From the NCBI GenBank assembly GCA_016700315.1, contig CP065013.1, forward strand, positions 577,449-641,448: 64,000 nucleotides of DNA, in the 5' to 3' direction. The notes beneath the pieces are model-generated. The model was not told where the DNA came from. It was given only the letters and a program-made list of their open reading frames with translations, and searched no databases. The DNA comes from Candidatus Saccharimonadota bacterium. Lineage in GTDB: Bacteria > Patescibacteriota > Saccharimonadia > Saccharimonadales > SZUA-47. How positions within the stretch are numbered: position 1 is the stretch's first letter; each line of letters begins with the position of its first letter. This document shows positions 1-8,324 of this stretch, piece by piece. A program made the position numbers and the translations under genes.

Positions 1-1
1 T

Positions 2-181
2 AAACTTAAGAAGATTGGCATGATACCAATCCAACGCAGCGTTTTTGTTCATCCAGATCCATGTCGAGATGAGGTTTTATTGGCAGCCGACCACTTTAGC
101 ATAAGGCGTTTCGTAAGCTACATCGAAACAACACACCTAGAGAACGACAAAGCCCTTAAACCGCGCTTCAATTTAAAGTAA
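2..181 (+). CDS. 3' end of a CDS entering from upstream of the window (hypothetical protein, C-terminal ...IQRSVFVHPDP... segment)
   Basis: Frame 2 is open from position 2 to TAA at 179-181. It is absent from the ORF track because there is no start in the window. A 12-bp-stem hairpin follows at 227-268. Confidence 0.35.
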   Translation, partial: KLKKIGMIPIQRSVFVHPDPCRDEVLLAADHFSIRRFVSYIETTHLENDKALKPRFNLK

Positions 182-298
182 TACCTTACTAATACCTGAT
201 TTAGGCCTAAAACTATCCAAAATAATCCGTGTTCCTATGATCTGCTATAGCGGGTGATAGGAACACGGGGTGAATAAAAAACAGGGGAGGAGTGGGAG

Positions 299-307
299 TG
301 GTATAAT
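299..307 (+). promoter_or_regulatory. Extended -10 promoter (TGgTATAAT) for ruvA; the spacing implies a leaderless mRNA
   Basis: TGGTATAAT at 299-307, with ATG at 314 only 6 nt downstream. The same TATAAT-N7/8-ATG geometry occurs at 33455/33468 and 39289/39303. Confidence 0.4.
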
Positions 308-313
308 TTGAGT

Positions 314-892
314 ATGATTGCAAGTTTGAGAGGAGTCGTTGCCGAAGTTATCGAGGGAGCTGTAGTTTTGGACGTTGGTGGTGTTGGGTATGGATTGAGA
401 GTTTGCTTGAATGATCTGGCTAAACTTTCAATTGGAAGAGAGGCAAAAGTTTATATCTATGAGCACATACGTGAGGATATGCACGATTTGTTTGGTTTTG
501 TTGAACAGAGCACTAAGAACTTATTTGTACAACTTTTGAGTGTTAAAAACGTCGGCCCAAAGGTTGCGCAAGCGATCTTGGATATAGGGAACGAAGGCGA
601 AGTCAGATTGGCGATTGCTAATGGCGACGTTCGTATGCTTCAATCGGCAAAAGGTGTCGGCAAACGAGCGGCTGAGCAGGTTGTGGTGGAGCTAAGAGAC
701 AAAGTCGGTGCGCCTGTTGGTGAGGGTGCCGAAAATGTCGTAGGGCGCGCGGGCACTGGCAGAATGGACGAGGCCGCGCAAGCACTTGTTGCATTAGGGT
801 ATAGTGAAGCCGATGCCCAGGCCGCTCTTTCTGGTATTAATGAAACTCTCCCAACCGAAACACGAATTAAACAAGCTTTGAAAAAAAAGTAA
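314..892 (+). CDS. ruvA: Holliday junction branch migration complex subunit RuvA
   Basis: N-terminus MIASLRGVV..VLDVGGVGYGL, helix-hairpin-helix segments (KNVGPKVAQAIL, GVGKRAAEQVVVEL) and a C-terminal domain III-like tail. The track ORF starts at TTG 308; ATG 314 is preferred. Confidence 0.9.
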   Translation: MIASLRGVVAEVIEGAVVLDVGGVGYGLRVCLNDLAKLSIGREAKVYIYEHIREDMHDLFGFVEQSTKNLFVQLLSVKNVGPKVAQAILDIGNEGEVRLAIANGDVRMLQSAKGVGKRAAEQVVVELRDKVGAPVGEGAENVVGRAGTGRMDEAAQALVALGYSEADAQAALSGINETLPTETRIKQALKKK

Positions 893-900
893 GTCTAGCC

Positions 901-1476
901 ATGGAAAAATCAAAAAGCGATAAACTAGTTTCTTATAGTAATTTAGTCAAGGCATTTGCAGTAGGAATAACTATTGCAAGGCTGCCGATTGCTGATAACA
1001 TTGCGCGTGACGTGAAAAACGGTAAGAGTATTCGAAGAAAGATGGGTGTTTTTGTACTTGCTGATGTACTAGACGGAGTTGTGTCTAGAAGGCTTGATGT
1101 AGAAACTTCAACTCGTCGCGGCTTGGACTCTGTGGTGGACAGAATCAGTATTGTTAGAGTAGCCTGCGAAGTTGCTAAAAAAAATATCGATTCTCGACCA
1201 AAACTAGCCGTTATGGCTTGTGCTGAGCTTATAGGAGCTACGGCAAATTTGATACACACAAGGAGAAGCGGAGAAATTCTACATTCGTCAGGGATACACA
1301 AAATAGATTCTTTAGGGACTGCTCTTTATGGACTAATGGCAGCGGAAGATAACCCCTCTCAACGTATAACCGGATCTATCATCTGCGCAGTAAAATGGGT
1401 TTGTGCGGCGGACTTCATCGGTAATGCTATGCATCCGCGTGGTTTCGTCGACGAAAACGGCATAAGACATATCTAA
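901..1476 (+). CDS. CDP-alcohol phosphatidyltransferase-like protein (weak assignment)
   Basis: 191 aa. Contains DG(x2)SR...G..D(x3)D (ADVLDGVVSRRLDVETSTRRGLDSVVDR), resembling the CDP-OH phosphatidyltransferase signature. It is less hydrophobic than typical family members. Confidence 0.35.
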   Translation: MEKSKSDKLVSYSNLVKAFAVGITIARLPIADNIARDVKNGKSIRRKMGVFVLADVLDGVVSRRLDVETSTRRGLDSVVDRISIVRVACEVAKKNIDSRPKLAVMACAELIGATANLIHTRRSGEILHSSGIHKIDSLGTALYGLMAAEDNPSQRITGSIICAVKWVCAADFIGNAMHPRGFVDENGIRHI

Positions 1477-1512
1477 CAAGTAACTGCTACAATTAACATA
1501 GATGAAATTATC

Positions 1513-1547
1513 TATCAACTATCAACTATCAACAATCAACTATCGAA
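1513..1547. repeat. Heptanucleotide tandem repeat (TATCAAC), about 5 copies
   Basis: tatcaac tatcaac tatcaac aatcaac tatcgaa read directly. It lies in the intergenic region just upstream of ruvB. Confidence 0.9.
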
Positions 1548-1562
1548 ACCCGAAGGGTTTTT
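1546..1562 (+). terminator. Short hairpin plus T-run (AAACCC-GAA-GGGTTTTT) immediately before the ruvB ATG
   Basis: Inverted repeat read directly. The position 3 nt upstream of ATG 1566 makes the function ambiguous (terminator or translational element). Confidence 0.3.
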
Positions 1563-1565
1563 GGT

Positions 1566-2606
1566 ATGGCGATTGAGAGAATTGTAACGCCGGAGCCAGA
1601 TGAGCAAGAAAGCCGTGAAGAACAGCGGATGGATAATGTGCTGCGGCCAAAAAACTTTAATGAATACGTCGGCCAAGATAGGATAAAAAACAATCTTCAG
1701 CTGGCAATAAAGGCTGCCAAAAAACGCAAAGAAGCACTCGACCACATCTTGCTTTATGGGCCACCTGGTTTGGGTAAGACGACACTCGCGACAATTATTG
1801 CAAACGAGATGGGCGCTCAGATACGAGTTACATCGGGCCCAGCAATCGAACGGGCAGGTGATTTGGCGAGCTTGCTCACAAACCTACAGGATGGTGACGT
1901 GCTATTTATTGATGAAATTCACCGCCTCAATAGATCGGTTGAAGAGGTACTTTATTCGGCGATGGAAGATTATGCAATCGACATCATGCTCGGCAAGGGG
2001 CCAAGCGCGCGCTCGCTTAGGTTGGATATTCCCAAATTCACTCTGATTGGTGCAACTACTAGAACTGGAGCGTTGGCTGCACCTTTGCGCGATAGATTTG
2101 GTATGCTGCACCGCTTAGAGTTTTATAAACCAGATGAAATATCACAGATTGTTAACCGTTCCGCAGAGCTGCTTGGCAGTAAGATCAATCAAGAGGCAGC
2201 CGCAATGCTCAGCCACCGTTCGCGGCTGACTCCGCGTATTGCCAATCGTCTACTAAAACGTGTACGTGATTTTGCCGACGTCAACGGAGATGGGATCATT
2301 GATACCAAAATCACTGTAGAGGCTCTGAAATTGCTCGAGATCGATGAACTAGGACTTGATCCCGCCGACAGGCTGCTACTGAGTGCAATTATAGACAATC
2401 ACGGCGGCGGGCCGGTAGGGCTCAATACTCTGAGCGCTGTCTTGGGTGACGAAATGACAACAATCGAAGACTTTTATGAGCCATATCTGATGCAGATAGG
2501 TTTGGTCGAACGGACTCCGAGGGGCCGAAAGGTAACGCCTAAGGCATATAAACATCTAGGCAAAGACCAAAAAAGTAAGCAGGATTCGCAAGCAAGCTTG
2601 CTATAA
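1566..2606 (+). CDS. ruvB: Holliday junction DNA helicase RuvB
   Basis: 346 aa. AAA+ Walker A motif GPPGLGKTT, Walker B motif LFIDEIHRL, and a conserved RuvB C-terminal winged-helix region. Confidence 0.97.
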   Translation: MAIERIVTPEPDEQESREEQRMDNVLRPKNFNEYVGQDRIKNNLQLAIKAAKKRKEALDHILLYGPPGLGKTTLATIIANEMGAQIRVTSGPAIERAGDLASLLTNLQDGDVLFIDEIHRLNRSVEEVLYSAMEDYAIDIMLGKGPSARSLRLDIPKFTLIGATTRTGALAAPLRDRFGMLHRLEFYKPDEISQIVNRSAELLGSKINQEAAAMLSHRSRLTPRIANRLLKRVRDFADVNGDGIIDTKITVEALKLLEIDELGLDPADRLLLSAIIDNHGGGPVGLNTLSAVLGDEMTTIEDFYEPYLMQIGLVERTPRGRKVTPKAYKHLGKDQKSKQDSQASLL

Positions 2607-2608
2607 TA

Positions 2609-3451
2609 TTGTTAATGGATCCGGAACCACTAAATACAGCTAGAAAAACGGGAGACAACGGCTACAAGCTACCGCCATACATGCAGGATTCACCCGCTAA
2701 GACAGATAAAGAACAGATATTTGAGTCGCAAGTCGAGGCTGCAAAGGCAGCCGAAGATATTCCTCATCCCTTCTTCCCGGAAGGTGGTGGCCCAAGTGAT
2801 ACACCAAAACTGCCCGCCGAGCCTTTAATGGCCACTCAAGATGGACTAAAAAAGCACCGAGAAGAGGCTAGTGCTCGACTAAGTAGTATGGGGCGTAAGT
2901 TTTTTGATTTGATTGAGTACGATGAAAACGAACAATTGGTTCTCGAAATCCGTAAACACCCCTTTGGTCTGCTTATTATTTGGGTGGTTGGCATATTTGT
3001 TTCGCTAATTCTGCTCTTTATTCCGATACTGGTTGCTGCGTTTTTGTCCAGCACAAACGTAGTAGGTATTTCTGCCGCATCAGTTAGCTCGGCGCAAGTT
3101 ATACTTTTTGTGGTCGGTATAGTTTTAGGTATAAGTGGATTAGTCGTGACCTTTATCAATTCTATTCTTTATAAAAATAATGTGATTTTTGTGACGAGCG
3201 AGAAGCTAGCTCAGATTGTTTATACCAGCCTTTTTAATCGAAAAATATCACAGCTAAGCATAGGCGATCTACAAGATGTGACGGTCAGACAGAAAGGTAT
3301 ATTTCCTAGGGCGTTTAACTTTGGCACGCTGACTATTGAAACGGCAGGTGAACAATCTAATTTAATTTTTAATTACGTGCCTGCGCCATATGATAGTTCA
3401 AAATTAATTGTTGGCGCACACGAAGCCAATCTACATCGTTACGGTAATTAA
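2609..3451 (+). CDS. Membrane protein with a bacterial PH (bPH_2/YdbT-like) domain
   Basis: 280 aa. The segment LVLEIRKHPFGLLIIWVVG is followed by two TM helices and a C-terminal region typical of DUF304/bPH proteins. Confidence 0.6.
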   Translation: MLMDPEPLNTARKTGDNGYKLPPYMQDSPAKTDKEQIFESQVEAAKAAEDIPHPFFPEGGGPSDTPKLPAEPLMATQDGLKKHREEASARLSSMGRKFFDLIEYDENEQLVLEIRKHPFGLLIIWVVGIFVSLILLFIPILVAAFLSSTNVVGISAASVSSAQVILFVVGIVLGISGLVVTFINSILYKNNVIFVTSEKLAQIVYTSLFNRKISQLSIGDLQDVTVRQKGIFPRAFNFGTLTIETAGEQSNLIFNYVPAPYDSSKLIVGAHEANLHRYGN

Positions 3452-3501
3452 TCTGGAGCAATTTGTAGCTAACAATTTAGCATGCAGTTAAACATAATAT
3501 G

Positions 3502-3536
3502 TACTGGATACTGGATACTGGATACTGGGTACTACT
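3502..3536. repeat. Heptanucleotide tandem repeat (TACTGGA), about 5 copies
   Basis: tactgga x3, then tactggg and tactact. Located at the convergent gene junction. Confidence 0.9.
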
Positions 3537-3840
3537 CGGTGAATGGGTTTGTGCGGTTGCTCGGCAGTTGCTGGTTAACTTGTACTTCTACATCGCTAAG
3601 ATCGTTACGAAGCTGTTCGGCAAATTTATAGTCAATCGTTTGAAAGTTATTTAGTTCTTTTTGTTTGCTATCGTAAGTTGTTTCGTTACGCTGCGGAGAT
3701 AATAACTTCTGAGAAGTAGTTGTGGTATAACCGATTGCGACAGCTGTCATTACCACAAAGATTATCAGACGGTGACGAACAAAGAAGTCGGCAGTTTTTT
3801 TTAGCTTTTTGCCAAAGTCTGCCGGTAACGAAAGTTTCAT
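3532..3840 (-). CDS. Small single-TM protein, last gene of the pilus operon (function unknown)
   Basis: 102 aa with one TM helix (LIIFVVMTAVAIGY). Its start overlaps the pilO-like stop by 4 nt. Confidence 0.55.
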   Translation of the reverse strand: MKLSLPADFGKKLKKTADFFVRHRLIIFVVMTAVAIGYTTTTSQKLLSPQRNETTYDSKQKELNNFQTIDYKFAEQLRNDLSDVEVQVNQQLPSNRTNPFTE

Positions 3841-4430
3841 TTTGTAGCTCCTGCCGGTTTTAGGTATGTCTTTAGCGACAATGAGATGCTCTCAATGTCA
3901 GAAGGGTTGGTGGCACTAGGGGTTAGTTGTATGTTGTCGACGGTTATGATACGTTTGTTTTTTTCGATCTGTCCTAGAAAGTCCAGTAATTTTGTGTAAG
4001 GAATAGATTTCAACTGAATTGTAAAAGGGTATTCGTAAACTTCTGGTACGGATTTACTTTTTATTGCCCCTGATAGTGCGTCTGGTTTTGCGTTGCCGGA
4101 GAAAGAGATCGTTGATATTGAGCTAACAGGTAGGCCTGCCTCACTAGTAGCGGTATAGAGGAAGTCAGCAACTAACTCACCTTGTCTTTTATCTATCGGC
4201 AGAACTTCATTTACTAGCACTTTTAGTTGTTCTAAGTCTTTAGTGTTAGAACTAGAGGATTTTATGCGTTGGATAACGTCAACTTGGGCATCTTTTTCCG
4301 CCATTTTTTCACTAAGTTCAAGTGATTTCTTACTTAAGAACTTAGTGCCGTTGTAAATTGCTCCGACTGCGGCAGCGACACTCAAAGTGAGTAAGGCGAT
4401 CATGACAATAAAGAATTTTTTGGCGCTCAT
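3837..4430 (-). CDS. pilO: Type IV pilus assembly protein PilO-like
   Basis: 197 aa. N-terminal TM anchor, coiled-coil and C-terminal alpha/beta region. Sits after pilM and pilN with 4-nt overlaps. Confidence 0.6.
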   Translation of the reverse strand: MSAKKFFIVMIALLTLSVAAAVGAIYNGTKFLSKKSLELSEKMAEKDAQVDVIQRIKSSSSNTKDLEQLKVLVNEVLPIDKRQGELVADFLYTATSEAGLPVSSISTISFSGNAKPDALSGAIKSKSVPEVYEYPFTIQLKSIPYTKLLDFLGQIEKNKRIITVDNIQLTPSATNPSDIESISLSLKTYLKPAGATK

Positions 4431-5041
4431 TGTGCTGCTCCAGTTGCGGTTGGCTTGGCAGTAGAAGCACCTTTGAGCGCAACTACGATGCTAATACTGT
4501 AGGGGTAAGCTAAGGCGGTTCCTGTAGTGGGTGTACCTCCACCAGTGCCTTGTTCGGATGTACCGCTTACGTTTATGATGTCTGCGGACTGAAAGAGAGA
4601 GGAGTTGACTAGGTTAGCTCTAATAATCGGGGCTAGCTCCTGTGTTTTGGTGCGGAATGATAGCTGTAAAGGCTCGTCTTTGTTGCCAGTTAAAGACAAG
4701 CTAGTAAGTATTGCACCAGGCGGGATCACGCCTCCAATCTCGGGTATTATCTTTGAGAATTGTACTTCACCCGTATAGAGCTTCTTGATAATGGCAAGTT
4801 GCTTAGCCGTTTCGTCTATCTGCTTTCTGGCGTCATCTAGGCTTGCTATCTGATTACTGTTTTCAGAAATTTGTTTTTCTACCTTTGATTTCTCACTTTT
4901 GATGCGCATCCAAGAGAAAGCAATTATAGAGGAGCTAACTAAAGCAACAGCAAAGACCCACAAGCTTGCAGCGAGGGTTTTACGGTTTAGTCGTCCGTAG
5001 CGCCTTTCGTCTCGGGTTTTGTTTGGTAGAAGGTTTATCAT
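4427..5041 (-). CDS. pilN: Type IV pilus assembly protein PilN-like
   Basis: 204 aa. The N-terminus MINLLPNK...R is followed by a TM helix and a coiled-coil, which is typical of PilN. Confidence 0.7.
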   Translation of the reverse strand: MINLLPNKTRDERRYGRLNRKTLAASLWVFAVALVSSSIIAFSWMRIKSEKSKVEKQISENSNQIASLDDARKQIDETAKQLAIIKKLYTGEVQFSKIIPEIGGVIPPGAILTSLSLTGNKDEPLQLSFRTKTQELAPIIRANLVNSSLFQSADIINVSGTSEQGTGGGTPTTGTALAYPYSISIVVALKGASTAKPTATGAAQ

Positions 5042-6104
5042 TGCGAAAGCTCCTTAGCAGTTACCAAACTAAGGCCTCCGGCTGTAGTAAAAAGTGTTGT
5101 CTCGAGCTCATGCGGAGGCTGTAGCTTACCAAAAGTTAGATTGCTCCATGGGGCACAAAGTCTCGCAGGTATACGAATATGGCTGGTTATATAGGTTGCC
5201 AAACCTGGTAAGTTAGCACCGCCGCCAAGAACAATTATCTGCCCAATTTGCCTGTCACTTTCTGTTCGTTCAGCGTAGTAACGGACGAATTTCTTGATTT
5301 CACTAATAAGTTTGTTGAGCTCGGGAGTAAGCGCATCCACAATCTCGTCTTGCTTCTTACTTTTTTCTAAGCCGTAACGTGTTTTGATACTGTGTGCTTG
5401 CTGTTCGGTGAGTCCTAGTTTGTCGGCAATTAGTTTGGTGATATTTTCACCGCTACAGCTCACTGTACTGGTTGCACGTATAGTATTGTTGTCGTAAACA
5501 GACAAATCACACGCTGTAGAGCCAAAATCGACTATTAGCGTCCCAACGTCATGAGCTTCAGCTTGTGCAACCATTCGTGACACAGCAAATATGTTTGGTT
5601 CAACAAGTGCTATCTCTAGTCCTAATAGGTCAAAAACAGTGGTGTAGGAGTCGACAATTTCTTTTGGGCAAGCAACAATTTGAATCTCTTGGCCACCGTC
5701 CGGTAGTTGGTGGCTAACGATGTAGTCGTAATAAAGATCGTCAATTGGTACCGGAATGGATTGTTCGGCTTCTAGTTTTACGGCTGTAGCAACCTCTTTT
5801 GATCCATTTTCGGGAGAGTGATTATTCGGCTAAAACTATGTTCATTCGGTAGCGAAATAGCTGCTCGCTTGGTTGTAATCTGTCCAACTAGCTCTTTGGC
5901 AAAAAGCCCATAAGTCTGTTTTGCGATCTCAATCGGGTCAACCACTCGACCGTTGACGATTGCATCTGGGTTAAATTTGGTCGATCCGTAGCCCGTTACG
6001 ACCGGCAACTTGTCTGACCAATCTATTTGCATAACTTTTATAGAACTTCGACCGATGTCGAAGCCAAATATTGATCTGTCTTTATATATTAGTCTATTGC
6101 CCAC
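5038..6104 (-). pseudogene. pilM: Type IV pilus assembly ATPase-like protein PilM, split by a 1-nt frameshift
   Basis: The N-terminal ORF 5778-6104 (FGFDIGRSSIKVMQI) and the C-terminal ORF 5038-5583 are both actin-like PilM parts. The C-terminal frame stays open up to 5796 (EVATAVKLEAEQSIPVPIDDLYYDY...). One extra A in the A4 run (plus-strand T-run 5797-5800) would restore a single ORF. Confidence 0.8.
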
Positions 6105-6141
6105 CTTAATACCTTCGATAATATTGTATCATGATTGAGTC

Positions 6142-7731
6142 TTAAGGCGACGTTATTATTTCGTGCCAAGCCAGTATGTTATAAGAACCTGTTATTGGGA
6201 AAAATGGTGGTGGTGCGTACTGTAAATTGTAGTCATATTGAGTACTGTTGTTAAGAATGCCTGTTATGTAGTGACCCGAGTAGCTTACTGCATTTCCGCA
6301 AGGTCCGCCTAACTGCCAAGTCCATGTCCAACTTTGCCTAGAAGCTACTGCTCCATAGTAAGTAAAAGTTTGGTTAGCAGATGTCCAACCCTTTGTGCAT
6401 GTAGAGCCAGCACTCCTATAATACAGTGGGTATATTACACTACCCGTTTGTGATATTACGGCTGCATCTACTTCGAAGTTAAAATTGCCACTAGCAGGTG
6501 GCGCATATGGCGATAATACAACGTCGCCTTCAGTAATTAGCCCTAGGGCATCTGAGCCATTTTTTTGACTATACACAATATCGTCTGCAATAGTAATGTG
6601 CGTTGTGCTTGCGGTTGCTAGTCTACCTGCGCCAATCGTCAGTCTACCTTTAAATGTGCTGTTTGAACGCACCCATACATTATCCTCGGCAAATATTATG
6701 CCACTTGTAGGAATTGCAATATTGCTGGCAACACTAACTCGTGTAAGCGCTGTTAGATAAGTTGAATTCGTGTCTGTTTCAGCGTTTACCTGCGAAAGGT
6801 TGTATGTGTTGTCATTGTTTAACTCGATTAAGTACCCCTTGCTGATTGAGTATGTCCCGCTAGTGCTTCGTTGTGGTAAGTATGCAGCAGTCCTAGTAGT
6901 TGGGGTCTGAGTGCAAGCATTCGCTTGTGAGGCTAAGGCTGAGGTGGCTGGGTCAACTTTGAACGCTTCTTTTTTTATTGTGCATAAATCCCCGCTAATT
7001 TTATTGAAATCTACGCTTGGCATTGGGTAAAGCCAATCTGTTTTTGGGCGAGTATTGCAGTTTACTGGAGTTATTATGCTGCTGCTGCACCATACGCCTG
7101 GGTGTGACGAGCCGTCACCACCTAGAGAGACTGGTGGGTTGTAGGTTGTGTTTGCGCTAGATACGTCTGTAGAGCTTGAGCCATCCATGCGTACGCCTTG
7201 GTTTGAATGAACTGGCCCATTCGCACTCTCAGTAGATCCAAACCACAGGGCAGTGTCGGAAACAACACTATAGTTTGCGAAAGAGGGCGAGCCAATTTTT
7301 GCCTCGATAGTTCTCGTTGTCTTGCCAGAATTTGTATTACCAATCGAGGTAATTGTTGCAATAGTAGATCCGCTTCCCTGGGGATTAACCCAGATAGTAA
7401 AAGTACCTTGTTTTTTAGCATTGTCGTCAATGTAGTTGTGTGTGTAAGGGCCATAACCAAGCTTAGGGTCAGGTGTTGCTGGGGTAGTGCCACCATCTTT
7501 AAAATCGGTAGGGTTATGGCTTAGGTGCCATAGGTAGTAGTTGACACCAGCCTCTGCAATATTGAAAGCTTTTTGACTTTCTAGGCTTTTAGAAGCACTA
7601 CTAGATGTCAAATTAATCATGCTCAGTATGGCAACCATAAGTATCGAGAAGACAACTAGCATACCCAGAAGCGTGACTGTCATAAAACCACTTTTTATAA
7701 CGGTCTTTGTGTTTTTGTGAATAATTTTCAT
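6142..7731 (-). CDS. Large PilX-like pilus-associated protein or minor pilin
   Basis: 529 aa. N-terminal hydrophobic segment, then QKAFNIAEAGVNYYLWHL (PilX_N-like AEAG motif). Located within the pilin gene block. Confidence 0.55.
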   Translation of the reverse strand: MKIIHKNTKTVIKSGFMTVTLLGMLVVFSILMVAILSMINLTSSSASKSLESQKAFNIAEAGVNYYLWHLSHNPTDFKDGGTTPATPDPKLGYGPYTHNYIDDNAKKQGTFTIWVNPQGSGSTIATITSIGNTNSGKTTRTIEAKIGSPSFANYSVVSDTALWFGSTESANGPVHSNQGVRMDGSSSTDVSSANTTYNPPVSLGGDGSSHPGVWCSSSIITPVNCNTRPKTDWLYPMPSVDFNKISGDLCTIKKEAFKVDPATSALASQANACTQTPTTRTAAYLPQRSTSGTYSISKGYLIELNNDNTYNLSQVNAETDTNSTYLTALTRVSVASNIAIPTSGIIFAEDNVWVRSNSTFKGRLTIGAGRLATASTTHITIADDIVYSQKNGSDALGLITEGDVVLSPYAPPASGNFNFEVDAAVISQTGSVIYPLYYRSAGSTCTKGWTSANQTFTYYGAVASRQSWTWTWQLGGPCGNAVSYSGHYITGILNNSTQYDYNLQYAPPPFFPITGSYNILAWHEIITSP

Positions 7732-8324
7732 AGGTTAGTTTTCCTATTTCTAAGGCTTACAGAAGTGTAAATAATAACTGGTTCTTTATGTGCGCTGTCT
7801 GTATTTGTCGCAAGAGTTACCTTAATCCCTTTTATTGTATGTAGGTCACTTATAGGTAGAGTAATGGGGTTTCCGACACTGTCTAGGTAAGTAAATAGGT
7901 TAACGCCCGCTATAGTAGCGTATTCCTGGATTATTATATATGTTTTATTGGTTGAAGGAATAAGCGACCCTGTAGGTGGGTTTGCGGTCATCTGAGTGAC
8001 ATCCGCAAGCAACGATTTACCGTCCACAGATTTGTAATACCTGATTTGCGAAACATAAGTATCTGCTGGCGAGAAATAAGCGTATACGGTAATTTCATCA
8101 GCACTTACAGACAAAATGTCGGATAGACCTCTTAGTGTACGAGCGATACGTTGTGATTGCACAGAAGCATCTGTAAATCTCTGTGTGTCAGAGCTTAGAT
8201 TAAGATATTGGCGAATCGATGAACCAAAAAAGCTATAAACTGTTAACGAGAGTATTGTACTAATGGCAATTACTACTAATAACTCAACCATGCTAAAGCC
8301 AGATTTAACCGTTCTCATACTCAT
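7728..8324 (-). CDS. Minor pilin with a prepilin-type N-terminal cleavage/methylation domain
   Basis: 198 aa. The KSGFSMVELLVVIAI motif (G/FxxxE) was read directly. Confidence 0.8.
   Translation of the reverse strand: MSMRTVKSGFSMVELLVVIAISTILSLTVYSFFGSSIRQYLNLSSDTQRFTDASVQSQRIARTLRGLSDILSVSADEITVYAYFSPADTYVSQIRYYKSVDGKSLLADVTQMTANPPTGSLIPSTNKTYIIIQEYATIAGVNLFTYLDSVGNPITLPISDLHTIKGIKVTLATNTDSAHKEPVIIYTSVSLRNRKTNL

Noticed and set aside
2-181. Cas2-like identity for the partial ORF at the window start (QRSVF motif)
   Set aside because: Only about 59 residues are visible, there is no adjacent array, and the motif is too short to distinguish Cas2 from PaaX-like or other families.
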